NCBI GenBank assembly: GCA_965279515.1
Contig: CBDIID010000003.1
Coordinates: 3,776,001-3,840,000, forward strand
Reading direction: 5' to 3'
Source of the DNA: Turneriella sp.
GTDB lineage: Bacteria; Spirochaetota; Leptospiria; Turneriellales; Turneriellaceae
Length of the DNA stretch: 64,000 nt
Positions 28,612 through 36,520 of the stretch are shown here, one piece after another. The notes under the pieces are model-generated. The model had not been told where the DNA came from, did not search any database, and saw only the letters and a program-made list of their open reading frames with translations. The translations under genes were made by a program, and so were the position numbers. The stretch's first letter is position 1. Each line of letters starts with the position of its first letter.

Positions 28612-29367
28612 TTAGTCATGTTTACTGCCTCTAATTGTCTTAATGGCCTTTTCTATAGTCTTTAGCGATAGCACTTTATGCTTCTCATTGTATTCCTCCG
28701 CAAAAGCGTCCGTTAAAACCTGTTTGCAGAATTCATATAAAGTCCGTTTTGCATCTAAACATGAAATCAATTGAAAGACAAAAAAGGTAGTTAATCCTGC
28801 AAATACTATTATGATTCTAAGATATGAGGTGTATTGCGAATAGAAGCAAAGAAGCCCACCTACAGTCAAAGCAGCAAAAAAGGTGCCGGTGACAATGGCC
28901 GCGGAACTGTTTAGCAGATGGGAAAGACCTTGAGTTCTCTCAACGGCACCTTTTATTTGATCCGAGGATTCAGTTCTCTCAAACCAAAGAGCGCTTATAA
29001 TTATCCATGCATTCTTCTTCCGGAAGTACTTTCTGAGGCACTTGGGGCCACCAGCTCTTCGGATAACTATTTTAGAACGATCAAGATATTTTTTAGTGAT
29101 TAACTCAGAAATGAAATCTGAATAATCGATCAAGAATAGTGCAGGCGCCCGATAGGCCACAGTAAAAAGGTATCCCAAAGCGCCGGCAGTAAAGGTCGCA
29201 CCGATTAGGGCAACGGCGGCATTAAATACTTGGGGCTGCGGATCTCCATTATTTAAAGTCATGGTACCGACCCAATCAGGAAACAATATCCAAGCTGCTA
29301 TCGCAACTTCGAATAGATACAGAACCCCTGGCAGAGTGTATCTAAAGAAACTGTATAAATCATTCAT
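28612..29367 (-). CDS. Hypothetical membrane protein (cassette 15, first in array polarity)
   Basis: 251 aa, about 4 TM segments. Confidence 0.78.
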   Translation of the reverse strand: MNDLYSFFRYTLPGVLYLFEVAIAAWILFPDWVGTMTLNNGDPQPQVFNAAVALIGATFTAGALGYLFTVAYRAPALFLIDYSDFISELITKKYLDRSKIVIRRAGGPKCLRKYFRKKNAWIIISALWFERTESSDQIKGAVERTQGLSHLLNSSAAIVTGTFFAALTVGGLLCFYSQYTSYLRIIIVFAGLTTFFVFQLISCLDAKRTLYEFCKQVLTDAFAEEYNEKHKVLSLKTIEKAIKTIRGSKHD

Positions 29368-29398
29368 AAGTATTTTGTCTTAGCCTTGGCTTTCGCAC

Positions 29399-29440
29399 AA
29401 CGTCTATTATCTGCATTGCGCCTTTTTGTGGGGTGTCAAT
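29399..29440 (-). other. Candidate attI-like site at the head of the array
   Basis: Last cassette terminus (AAC 29399-29401) is followed by gtcta-ttatctg, an L-box-like heptamer (cf. ttacctg) at 5-bp spacing, with no attC hairpin; TTGACA on minus strand at 29434-29439. Confidence 0.55.
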
Positions 29441-29517
29441 GTTTTCTGGAGGGGAAGTGTTGAAAGATGCCTGAATGCAGCATTTTTCTGGGGGTGTTGT
29501 GCGAATTGCGTGATAAC

Positions 29518-30876
29518 TCAGGTGGGTTGGAAAATGAGAGGCATGCCGCCTTTGGGGCGCAGGGTGATCATCGGGTGGATATCCGCCACGTAGTCTGGGG
29601 TGGCGAGGGTGGGAGAGAATTTTTCGAGGAGGACGGCGAGGATGAGGACGCCTTCCATCCAGGCGAACTGGTCGCCGATGCACTGGCGTACGCCGCCGCC
29701 GAAGGGGAAGTAGGCGAACTTGGGGCGTGCGGCTTCGTTTTCGGGGAGGAAGCGGTCGGGGTTGAAGGTGATGGCGTCGGGCCAGTATTGGGGGTGGCGG
29801 TGCATGACCCACTGGCTCATGACGACGGTGGTACCGGCGGCGACCTTGTAGCCGAGGACTTCGGTATCGACGGAGGCTTCGCGCGAGATGGTCCAGGCGG
29901 GTGGGTAGAGGCGGAGCGATTCGGCGAAGATGTTATAGAGTGTTTTGAGTTGCGGGAAGTGAGCGGCGGTGACGGGATTGCCGCCGGTAACGGTTTGAAT
30001 TTCGGCGCGGGCTTTTTGAATCCAGTCGGGATTTTTCGCGAGCAGGTAGAGTGTCCAGGCGAGGGCGTTGGCGGTGGTTTCGTGGCCGGCGATGAAGAGG
30101 GTGAGGCACTCGTCGCGGATTTGTTTGTCGGTCATACGATAGGGTTGCGGGGAGCCTGCACGGGGCGAAGTCGAAGTGTCGTCCTGAGCATCCATGAAGA
30201 TACTGAGCAGGTCACCGCGGTCGCCGGGTGAGGCGCGGCGATCGGCGATGATGCGGTAGACGATCTTGTCGAGGGTGGCTGTGGCTTCGCGCAGGCGGAG
30301 AGTCGAGGGGAGAGGAAGCATGTTCATGATTTCGGTGAAGGGGTTCAGGAGGCGATCCATATTGTTGAGGATGACTTCGAGTGCCGCGGCGACTTGCGGG
30401 GCGTCGCCGGTGACGTCGGCGTCGAACAGGGTTTTATTAACGATGGCGAGAGTGAGGCGCATCATGAGCTGGTTGGCATCGACGGTTGTCGCGGATGGGT
30501 AGGTGGATACGTGTTCGCGGGTGATACGGACCATTTCATCGCCGTAGCGGCCCATGCGGTTTTTAGCGAAAGCGGGCGAGGCGAGCTTGCGTTGTTGTTT
30601 GTGGAGGTCGCCTTCGCTGGTTAAGAGGCCATCGCCGAGCAGCGCTTTCGCAAGCTGCAGGCCGCGGCTTTTGCGGAAGTTTTTAGGCTGGCCGATCAAA
30701 ACTTCTTTGATGAGTTCGGGTTCGGCGAACAGGAGTGCCTCACGGCCAAAGACTGTGAAACGCGTGACATCCCCATATTCGTGCGCGAGGCGGGCGAAGA
30801 AGCGTGGCGGGTCGCGGCGCAGGTCGAGAATGCTGCCCAAGAGGGGGATTTCTTTCGGACCGGAGACGGCTTTCAT
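29518..30876 (-). CDS. Cytochrome P450
   Basis: AGHETT, ESLR, PDRF, FGGGVRQCIG motifs. Confidence 0.97.
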   Translation of the reverse strand: MKAVSGPKEIPLLGSILDLRRDPPRFFARLAHEYGDVTRFTVFGREALLFAEPELIKEVLIGQPKNFRKSRGLQLAKALLGDGLLTSEGDLHKQQRKLASPAFAKNRMGRYGDEMVRITREHVSTYPSATTVDANQLMMRLTLAIVNKTLFDADVTGDAPQVAAALEVILNNMDRLLNPFTEIMNMLPLPSTLRLREATATLDKIVYRIIADRRASPGDRGDLLSIFMDAQDDTSTSPRAGSPQPYRMTDKQIRDECLTLFIAGHETTANALAWTLYLLAKNPDWIQKARAEIQTVTGGNPVTAAHFPQLKTLYNIFAESLRLYPPAWTISREASVDTEVLGYKVAAGTTVVMSQWVMHRHPQYWPDAITFNPDRFLPENEAARPKFAYFPFGGGVRQCIGDQFAWMEGVLILAVLLEKFSPTLATPDYVADIHPMITLRPKGGMPLIFQPT

Positions 30877-30986
30877 ATGCAGTATCTTTTCATGTTGCAG
30901 GACGCAACTGGAGACGGCGGACAGGATGTCCTCTCATTGCCGTCTCGCGGCGGTACTGCATTGTCAATCGTGGGTGAAATAAGACT

Positions 30987-31844
30987 ATGGCGCGGGTGAA
31001 AAAGTTTTTATTGTTAGGATTGTTGCTTGCAGCCGGCTGCCGCATACCGGAGTATAAGGAGATAAAAAATCTCTACCAGGTGACGCGTTATCTTTCGGCG
31101 GCGCGGCTGGATAAGGAATTCCATTATCGCAAGATGTGGGCGATTGGCGGCGTGAACCCAAAGCTGTCTGCGGCGGCGAAAGAGCGCTGGGTGGCTCTGC
31201 AGAATGCGGTCTGGGATTTCACTGCGTTTCACCAGTCATTTTTCGACGTGACGCTCGAGCAGAGTGAGAGTGATATCTGGGAGCAGCCGTTTTTGTTTTT
31301 TGATTCGAAGACGGGTAAGAAGCTCACGCGCTCGGTCGACCTGTATTATGAGCAGGCGCACGTGCTGTGGCGGGATTTTAAGGAAAAGGATATCACGACG
31401 GAGCGCCGGGGTTTGATCACGGAGTTGTATTTTCTCGGTTTTGATTTGGGGTTAGAAGAGGATATCGTGCGGCTAATGAGTCCGTTATTTACCGAGGCAG
31501 AGTACAAGGTCGAGCACGGGCATGCACCCGATGCGGAGGATGAAGATTTTAAGGAGTTGTCGGATAAAAACCTGCGCAAGGCGCTGAGGCGCGTACGCAG
31601 GCTCGAACGCAGCCGTGAAATAGCGGCGCACGATTTCCGCGACATGGCAATCCGCCTGAGCCTGATGACTGACGAAGAGCTGGGTATTGTGCTACGCGAG
31701 CAGGGTAGGCCGGAGAATATCGACATGGGCCGGCTCGAGCGCATTGCCATGGCGGAATCCATGTCGTTTCAGATTGAGGATTTTCTCGCAGAGAAGCCGC
31801 CGGGGAAAACCGGCGGCAGCGGTCCGCAAAATGGAAAGCCTTAA
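30987..31844 (+). CDS. Hypothetical lipoprotein
   Basis: LAAGC lipobox. Confidence 0.75.
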   Translation: MARVKKFLLLGLLLAAGCRIPEYKEIKNLYQVTRYLSAARLDKEFHYRKMWAIGGVNPKLSAAAKERWVALQNAVWDFTAFHQSFFDVTLEQSESDIWEQPFLFFDSKTGKKLTRSVDLYYEQAHVLWRDFKEKDITTERRGLITELYFLGFDLGLEEDIVRLMSPLFTEAEYKVEHGHAPDAEDEDFKELSDKNLRKALRRVRRLERSREIAAHDFRDMAIRLSLMTDEELGIVLREQGRPENIDMGRLERIAMAESMSFQIEDFLAEKPPGKTGGSGPQNGKP

Positions 31845-33064
31845 AGAATAAATAGCATCTGTACAAGGCCTACGGCAAAACCGAGCGCCGAGCCGACGAG
31901 GATGAGTATCCATTCATCTTCCTGGAAGGCGGTGCGCAGGAGTTCTTCAAAATCTTCAGGCGGCAATTGGCTGAGGCGTTCGTAGAGCGTTTTCTCGAGG
32001 TCCATGGCGCTGCCGAGATAACCTTCGACAGTGGCGGCATATTTCGGTACGGCCTCGTTGATGCGTTTGACGATGAGGCCTTTTAAAGATTCATATTTTT
32101 CAGAACCGACGGCGAAGCTGAGGATCGGCTGTGCCAAACCTTCGATTTTTGCGAGTGCGCGGATGACATTGGACTGGATGACGCTGAAAAAGGCTTCAGC
32201 GGCGCGGCCATAGATAAAGTTTTCGAGCACCTGGTGCGGCGAGAGGATTTTATTCGCGACAATGTCGGCGTATTCTTTCGAGACTTCTTTTTGTCGTTTG
32301 AGGAAAAGGCCCTGGTATTTGACGAGGCCGAGAATTTTTTTCTCACGCAGCGGACGGAAGATCATCTTGAGCGCAAGCCAGTTGGTGTAATAGCCGACGA
32401 TGACACCGACGACGGGTACGGTCCACGGTGCCTGGTAGAAGTGCCATTGCGCCATTTGCAGAACGCCGAAGGGCAGGCCGAAATAGATGCCGGAGAGCGC
32501 GATGAAGGTGAATTCCTTTTTGCCGCAGCGCATGAACATTTCGTTCAGGAGGACGACGTTCTTGCCGGTAAGATTTTTAATGACGAGACTCTTGAGGTCG
32601 AAGACGGCGAGAATGTTGCGTTTAATTTCTTTGATGGCGCCTTCGAGCAGCGGGCCGGTTTCTTTATTGACTTGTTTGGCGATCTGTTCGCGCACCGCGC
32701 CGGGGGTGAGGTCCCAGACGGTTTGGTTGGCCGAACGGCCGACCTCGTCGACGAGTTCTGAGGTGACTTTTTTCATCGGCTCGGCGAGTTCACGGGCGAG
32801 CAGATCGGGTTTGACTTTTTCAAAAATTTCTTCGACCTTGATGAGTTTCGTGGTCATGAGCTCGACGGACTTGGCCGCCATTTTGCCGGCTTTGCGCGGA
32901 ATAATGCCCTGCCAGCCGATGTAGGGAGGGATGCCCCAGAATTTGAGGGGATAAAAGGTCATTTTGATCGCGAGCCAGTTGGTGAGCCAGCCGACAAAGG
33001 CGCTGGTGACGGGCATGCTCAGGTAGACGAGGAGTTCTTTATGTGTGTGGAGCCATTCGGACAT
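31841..33064 (-). CDS. DUF445 family membrane protein
   Basis: GWLTNWLAIKM.FYP...WQGIIP, duplicated; start taken at MSEWLH. Confidence 0.85.
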   Translation of the reverse strand: MSEWLHTHKELLVYLSMPVTSAFVGWLTNWLAIKMTFYPLKFWGIPPYIGWQGIIPRKAGKMAAKSVELMTTKLIKVEEIFEKVKPDLLARELAEPMKKVTSELVDEVGRSANQTVWDLTPGAVREQIAKQVNKETGPLLEGAIKEIKRNILAVFDLKSLVIKNLTGKNVVLLNEMFMRCGKKEFTFIALSGIYFGLPFGVLQMAQWHFYQAPWTVPVVGVIVGYYTNWLALKMIFRPLREKKILGLVKYQGLFLKRQKEVSKEYADIVANKILSPHQVLENFIYGRAAEAFFSVIQSNVIRALAKIEGLAQPILSFAVGSEKYESLKGLIVKRINEAVPKYAATVEGYLGSAMDLEKTLYERLSQLPPEDFEELLRTAFQEDEWILILVGSALGFAVGLVQMLFIL

Positions 33065-33156
33065 TCGGGCAGGTTGTGCGGACACACGCGGAAGTCGACT
33101 CTTTAGCTGTGGGATTGGCATGTCCCGAAAACCAGCTTTACGCTCTGCGGGCTCAG

Positions 33157-34689
33157 ATGAGCGCTCATCTAATGATCGGCCTTTTTTCGCGTCTTAGATC
33201 AGGGGCTTTACCTGCCTTATCTCTCCTTTGTATTTTCGTAACGGGGTTTCCGGCGGCGGTTCAGTCAGAGGAAGGCACCCGCGCAAAAACCATGCGCAAT
33301 GAGACAAAGCAGGTTCCTAAAAATTCACCTTCGCCCGCGCCGGCAGAGGTACCTAGCTCTAACAGGCCGGGGCCAGATTATGTGCGTCCGGAACCCAGGT
33401 ATGAACCTCCGCCGCAGAGGGAAGAGAGAACCAGCCCAAACAGCACGGGACCGGTTTATTACGCTGATGAAACAAAGCCCGCCGAAACCAAGAAGAAGGG
33501 GAAGGCTGGCGCGAAATCGGCGGTACCGGCAAAGGCCAATGCTTCCACAGCAACGACGCCATCGGCCGTTTGTGCCCTTTGTACCGACGAGGGGCCCCAG
33601 GATCCACAGAGTAAATTCGAGAAAACGGTTAAAGAGAAAGGTTCTCCGGTAAAGTATCTATCCGTCAATTCCAGAATCGCTTTCACAAACTGGAATTTTA
33701 ATTTCAGTCCCGCGATACAGTATGAGAGTACTTTTTTTCCGACATACGAGCTGGATCTGAACGCTTTTGGATTCGAATTTTCTTATATGACGGCGATACC
33801 ACCGCAACCGGCAAACCTGTTTCGGGAGATTCCCCTCGTCGGGCAGGAAAATACATTGCGTAACTCGGTGATGGAATGCCTTCGGCTGGGTGTGTTGCCG
33901 CTCACTTTCATGGAACACCCGTTACTCAAAAACCTGCTTGCCGTTGAATTCAGAAAGACGACAAAATCGACAACGATCGTCGCGGCCCAGAATTTATATT
34001 ATTTTCCATACGCAACGTATCCGGGATTGACGCAGCAGGATTCCGACCTGGGTATGATTTATTACGAACAAAAACCCGCCGGCACCAGGCTTTCTTACAA
34101 CATTAAAGAACGCGACTGGCTTGTCACGATTGGCCTTTGGGCGCTTCGCATGGGGTACTTCGATATCAACTACTCGAAACCCTACCAGATGGATGCGGAA
34201 ATTTACCAGGGGAATACGCTCATCGACCGGCGTGTATTCCTGTTTGAGGGCCAGGCTACGGGTCGCGGCTTCATGATCGGGCTGCAAAATCTTTATTTTC
34301 CGACGTGGGATACACGGCGTTTCTATTTTACGACGCCCGATCTTCTGGCAGATGGATTTTTCTGGGGCTTGAAAGAACTGGGTTTCTATTGGGGCTCTGG
34401 CAGCATTCTCTTACAGAACAACCTGGATCTCGTGGAAAAGTACCGGGCCTTTTACCAGAATGAAACAGGTCGTTCGCCTTCGGTTTCATTTGCGCGGCAG
34501 GTATTTCATGTCGTCATCGGCTACAAATTCAACCATTATTTCAAAACATTTATCGAGTATCGTTATGCGAACTATTCGTTGGCGCTAAAAGACAGTTACG
34601 AAGATGCTGCCAACAGCTATTTCCTGAGCCATGCGCTCAACAGAGATACGGTTCAGCAATTTGGGATTAACCTGACCGTCGCCTTCTGA
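33157..34689 (+). CDS. Hypothetical exported protein, possible outer-membrane barrel
   Basis: Signal-like region, Pro-rich linker, C-terminal Phe; start approximate. Confidence 0.7.
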   Translation: MSAHLMIGLFSRLRSGALPALSLLCIFVTGFPAAVQSEEGTRAKTMRNETKQVPKNSPSPAPAEVPSSNRPGPDYVRPEPRYEPPPQREERTSPNSTGPVYYADETKPAETKKKGKAGAKSAVPAKANASTATTPSAVCALCTDEGPQDPQSKFEKTVKEKGSPVKYLSVNSRIAFTNWNFNFSPAIQYESTFFPTYELDLNAFGFEFSYMTAIPPQPANLFREIPLVGQENTLRNSVMECLRLGVLPLTFMEHPLLKNLLAVEFRKTTKSTTIVAAQNLYYFPYATYPGLTQQDSDLGMIYYEQKPAGTRLSYNIKERDWLVTIGLWALRMGYFDINYSKPYQMDAEIYQGNTLIDRRVFLFEGQATGRGFMIGLQNLYFPTWDTRRFYFTTPDLLADGFFWGLKELGFYWGSGSILLQNNLDLVEKYRAFYQNETGRSPSVSFARQVFHVVIGYKFNHYFKTFIEYRYANYSLALKDSYEDAANSYFLSHALNRDTVQQFGINLTVAF

Positions 34690-34819
34690 GTGCAGGGTGT
34701 TGATGCTGCGATTTTGACGGCAAGCCCTCGTCGAGACCTTCTTCGCTGTTCACGACACGCACCGCCTGCGCAAGGGAACAGCCCTATCCCGGTCATGAGT
34801 CAACGAAACAGATGACAAA

Positions 34820-35911
34820 TTGTCGCTGTTTTTTCTGATGTGCGTCCCGTTTATGCCAGTACCTGAAGAGACAAAACCAGTTATCCTGGTCGTCGATGAC
34901 ACAAAAGAAATCCGCGACATTCTTACGAAATTGCTGAGTGGCAGATTTGAGGTTATGACTGCCGGAGACGGTGAGGTTGCCCTTCAGATGCTGAAAGAGG
35001 GCATCAAAAAACCGGATTTAATCCTGCTCGACATGAGCATGCCGGGCAAAGACGGTCTGTTTGTCTGTGAAAAACTGAAAAGCCATGAAACAACAAAGGC
35101 GATACCGGTGATTTTCCTGACCGGGAATACGGATGAAGGGATGATCAGTAACGGCTTTGCAGTGGGGGCAGTAGACTATGTCCGCAAACCTTTTCATATT
35201 AAGGAATTGATGGCGCGCATTGAGACGCATGTGCGCCTGAAACGCTCCATTGAGACGCTCTCCAATTTGTCGCAACAGCTGGGTAAATACCTTTCACCGG
35301 GACTCTATGAATCGATTTTCAGCGGCCATACGCATGTTCGAATAGAATCGCAGCGCAAAATTCTGACGGTATGTTTTACCGACATTGTCGGCTTCACGCC
35401 GATCTCTGAAAAACTCAGCAACCGCGAACTGACAGACTGGTTGAATACCTATCTGAACAAAATGGTGGCGATTGCGATCCGCCACGGTGGCGCGCTGGAT
35501 AAATTTATCGGTGACGGAATCATGTTTTTTTTCGGCGATCTCAACCATGAAGATCCGAAGACAGGAGCACTGAACTGTGTAAAAATGGTGCAGGAGATGA
35601 TCGTTGCTGCCAATGAGATGAATATCAACATCAGGGGCGGCATCAATACGGGCCCGTGCCGCGTCGGCAATTTCGGCAGTGAAAACCATATGGAATACGG
35701 AGTGATCGGCCGCGAAGTGAATCTTGCGGCGCGCCTGGAATCCAATTCCGAACCCAACAGGATTCTGATCAGTGAAGCGACATATGATTTAATTAACGAC
35801 CAGATACCCTGCGAGGCCAGGGGCAAAATACGGGTAAAGGGGATTGATGAGCCCGTATCGGCCTATTGGGTAAGTGCGGAGACACCGCTCAGAACGGCTT
35901 CACCGAATTAG
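34820..35911 (+). CDS. Response regulator with class III adenylate/guanylate cyclase domain
   Basis: REC domain, FTDIVGFT, DKFIGDG, VNLAARLE. Confidence 0.93.
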   Translation: MSLFFLMCVPFMPVPEETKPVILVVDDTKEIRDILTKLLSGRFEVMTAGDGEVALQMLKEGIKKPDLILLDMSMPGKDGLFVCEKLKSHETTKAIPVIFLTGNTDEGMISNGFAVGAVDYVRKPFHIKELMARIETHVRLKRSIETLSNLSQQLGKYLSPGLYESIFSGHTHVRIESQRKILTVCFTDIVGFTPISEKLSNRELTDWLNTYLNKMVAIAIRHGGALDKFIGDGIMFFFGDLNHEDPKTGALNCVKMVQEMIVAANEMNINIRGGINTGPCRVGNFGSENHMEYGVIGREVNLAARLESNSEPNRILISEATYDLINDQIPCEARGKIRVKGIDEPVSAYWVSAETPLRTASPN

Positions 35912-36506
35912 CAGAGAAGCGCCGGTTCAATTCTTCAAAGAGCGGATTCGATTCACTTTTTGAGCTGTATACGAAATCGCGCAGATGGCCGACCCAGCCG
36001 GGGCCCATCAGTATGCGGCGGATGGTATCTTTGATTGCGCCGAGGCGTTTTTCCAGGTCGCGTTCGTGCCCTTTTCGCAACGCCAGATAACGTTTCGAAG
36101 CGCGGTCGATGAGCATGCCAATATTCCAGGAGGCGGCAATTTTTAATGTGTCGCCGAGTTCTTCCGTTGAAATCGGTTTCTGCAGGTAATAGATTGCTCC
36201 CATATTCTGCGATCGCTGCGCCGTCTTTACGCTTGGGCTGCCGGTCATGATCGCAACGGCGGTGGAGGGCATTTTTTCGCGTATTATTTCGGCGAAGGCG
36301 ATGCCATCCAGCTTACCCATGCGGATATCCGACAAAATGATATTAAATTTACGCTGCTCGAGGAGCTTCAGCGCATCTTCGGCGCTGGGGCATTCTTCTG
36401 TCTCATATCCCCAACCCTCTGCGATGCGCCTTACCAGCGCGCGAATCGAGCGATCGTCATCGACAATCAGCAGCCGGATGCCGGAATGGGGTGCCTGGTA
36501 TGCCAT
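35889..36506 (-). CDS. Response regulator receiver protein
   Basis: LIVDDD, SDIRM, YLQKP. Confidence 0.88.
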   Translation of the reverse strand: MAYQAPHSGIRLLIVDDDRSIRALVRRIAEGWGYETEECPSAEDALKLLEQRKFNIILSDIRMGKLDGIAFAEIIREKMPSTAVAIMTGSPSVKTAQRSQNMGAIYYLQKPISTEELGDTLKIAASWNIGMLIDRASKRYLALRKGHERDLEKRLGAIKDTIRRILMGPGWVGHLRDFVYSSKSESNPLFEELNRRFSANSVKPF

Positions 36507-36520
36507 GAAATTCTCCTTTT

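Larger units (their letters stand above)
1..29401 (-). mobile_element. Integron-like gene cassette array (15 cassettes, open at left edge, no integrase in window)
   Basis: 15 related ~200-bp imperfect palindromes alternate with unrelated, mostly AT-richer inserts. On the minus strand each reads AAC-AA...C-GTT like attC R''/R' ends. Most single-ORF cassettes are on the minus strand with stops at or near the site. Confidence 0.9.

Noticed and set aside
1855..28665. Recurrent short ORFs over the repeats (e.g. 1855-2088, 5872-6270, 6618-6812, 18080-18325, 23801-23995)
   Set aside because: They arise from GC-rich palindromic repeats; frames and ends are not conserved between copies.
29406..29439. 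Canonical sigma70 Pc promoter (TTGACA...GATAAT)
   Set aside because: The spacing is 22 bp, too long; kept only as a weak candidate.
29360..30982. Alternative ORFs overlapping the P450 gene
   Set aside because: These are shadow frames of a clearly recognisable gene.
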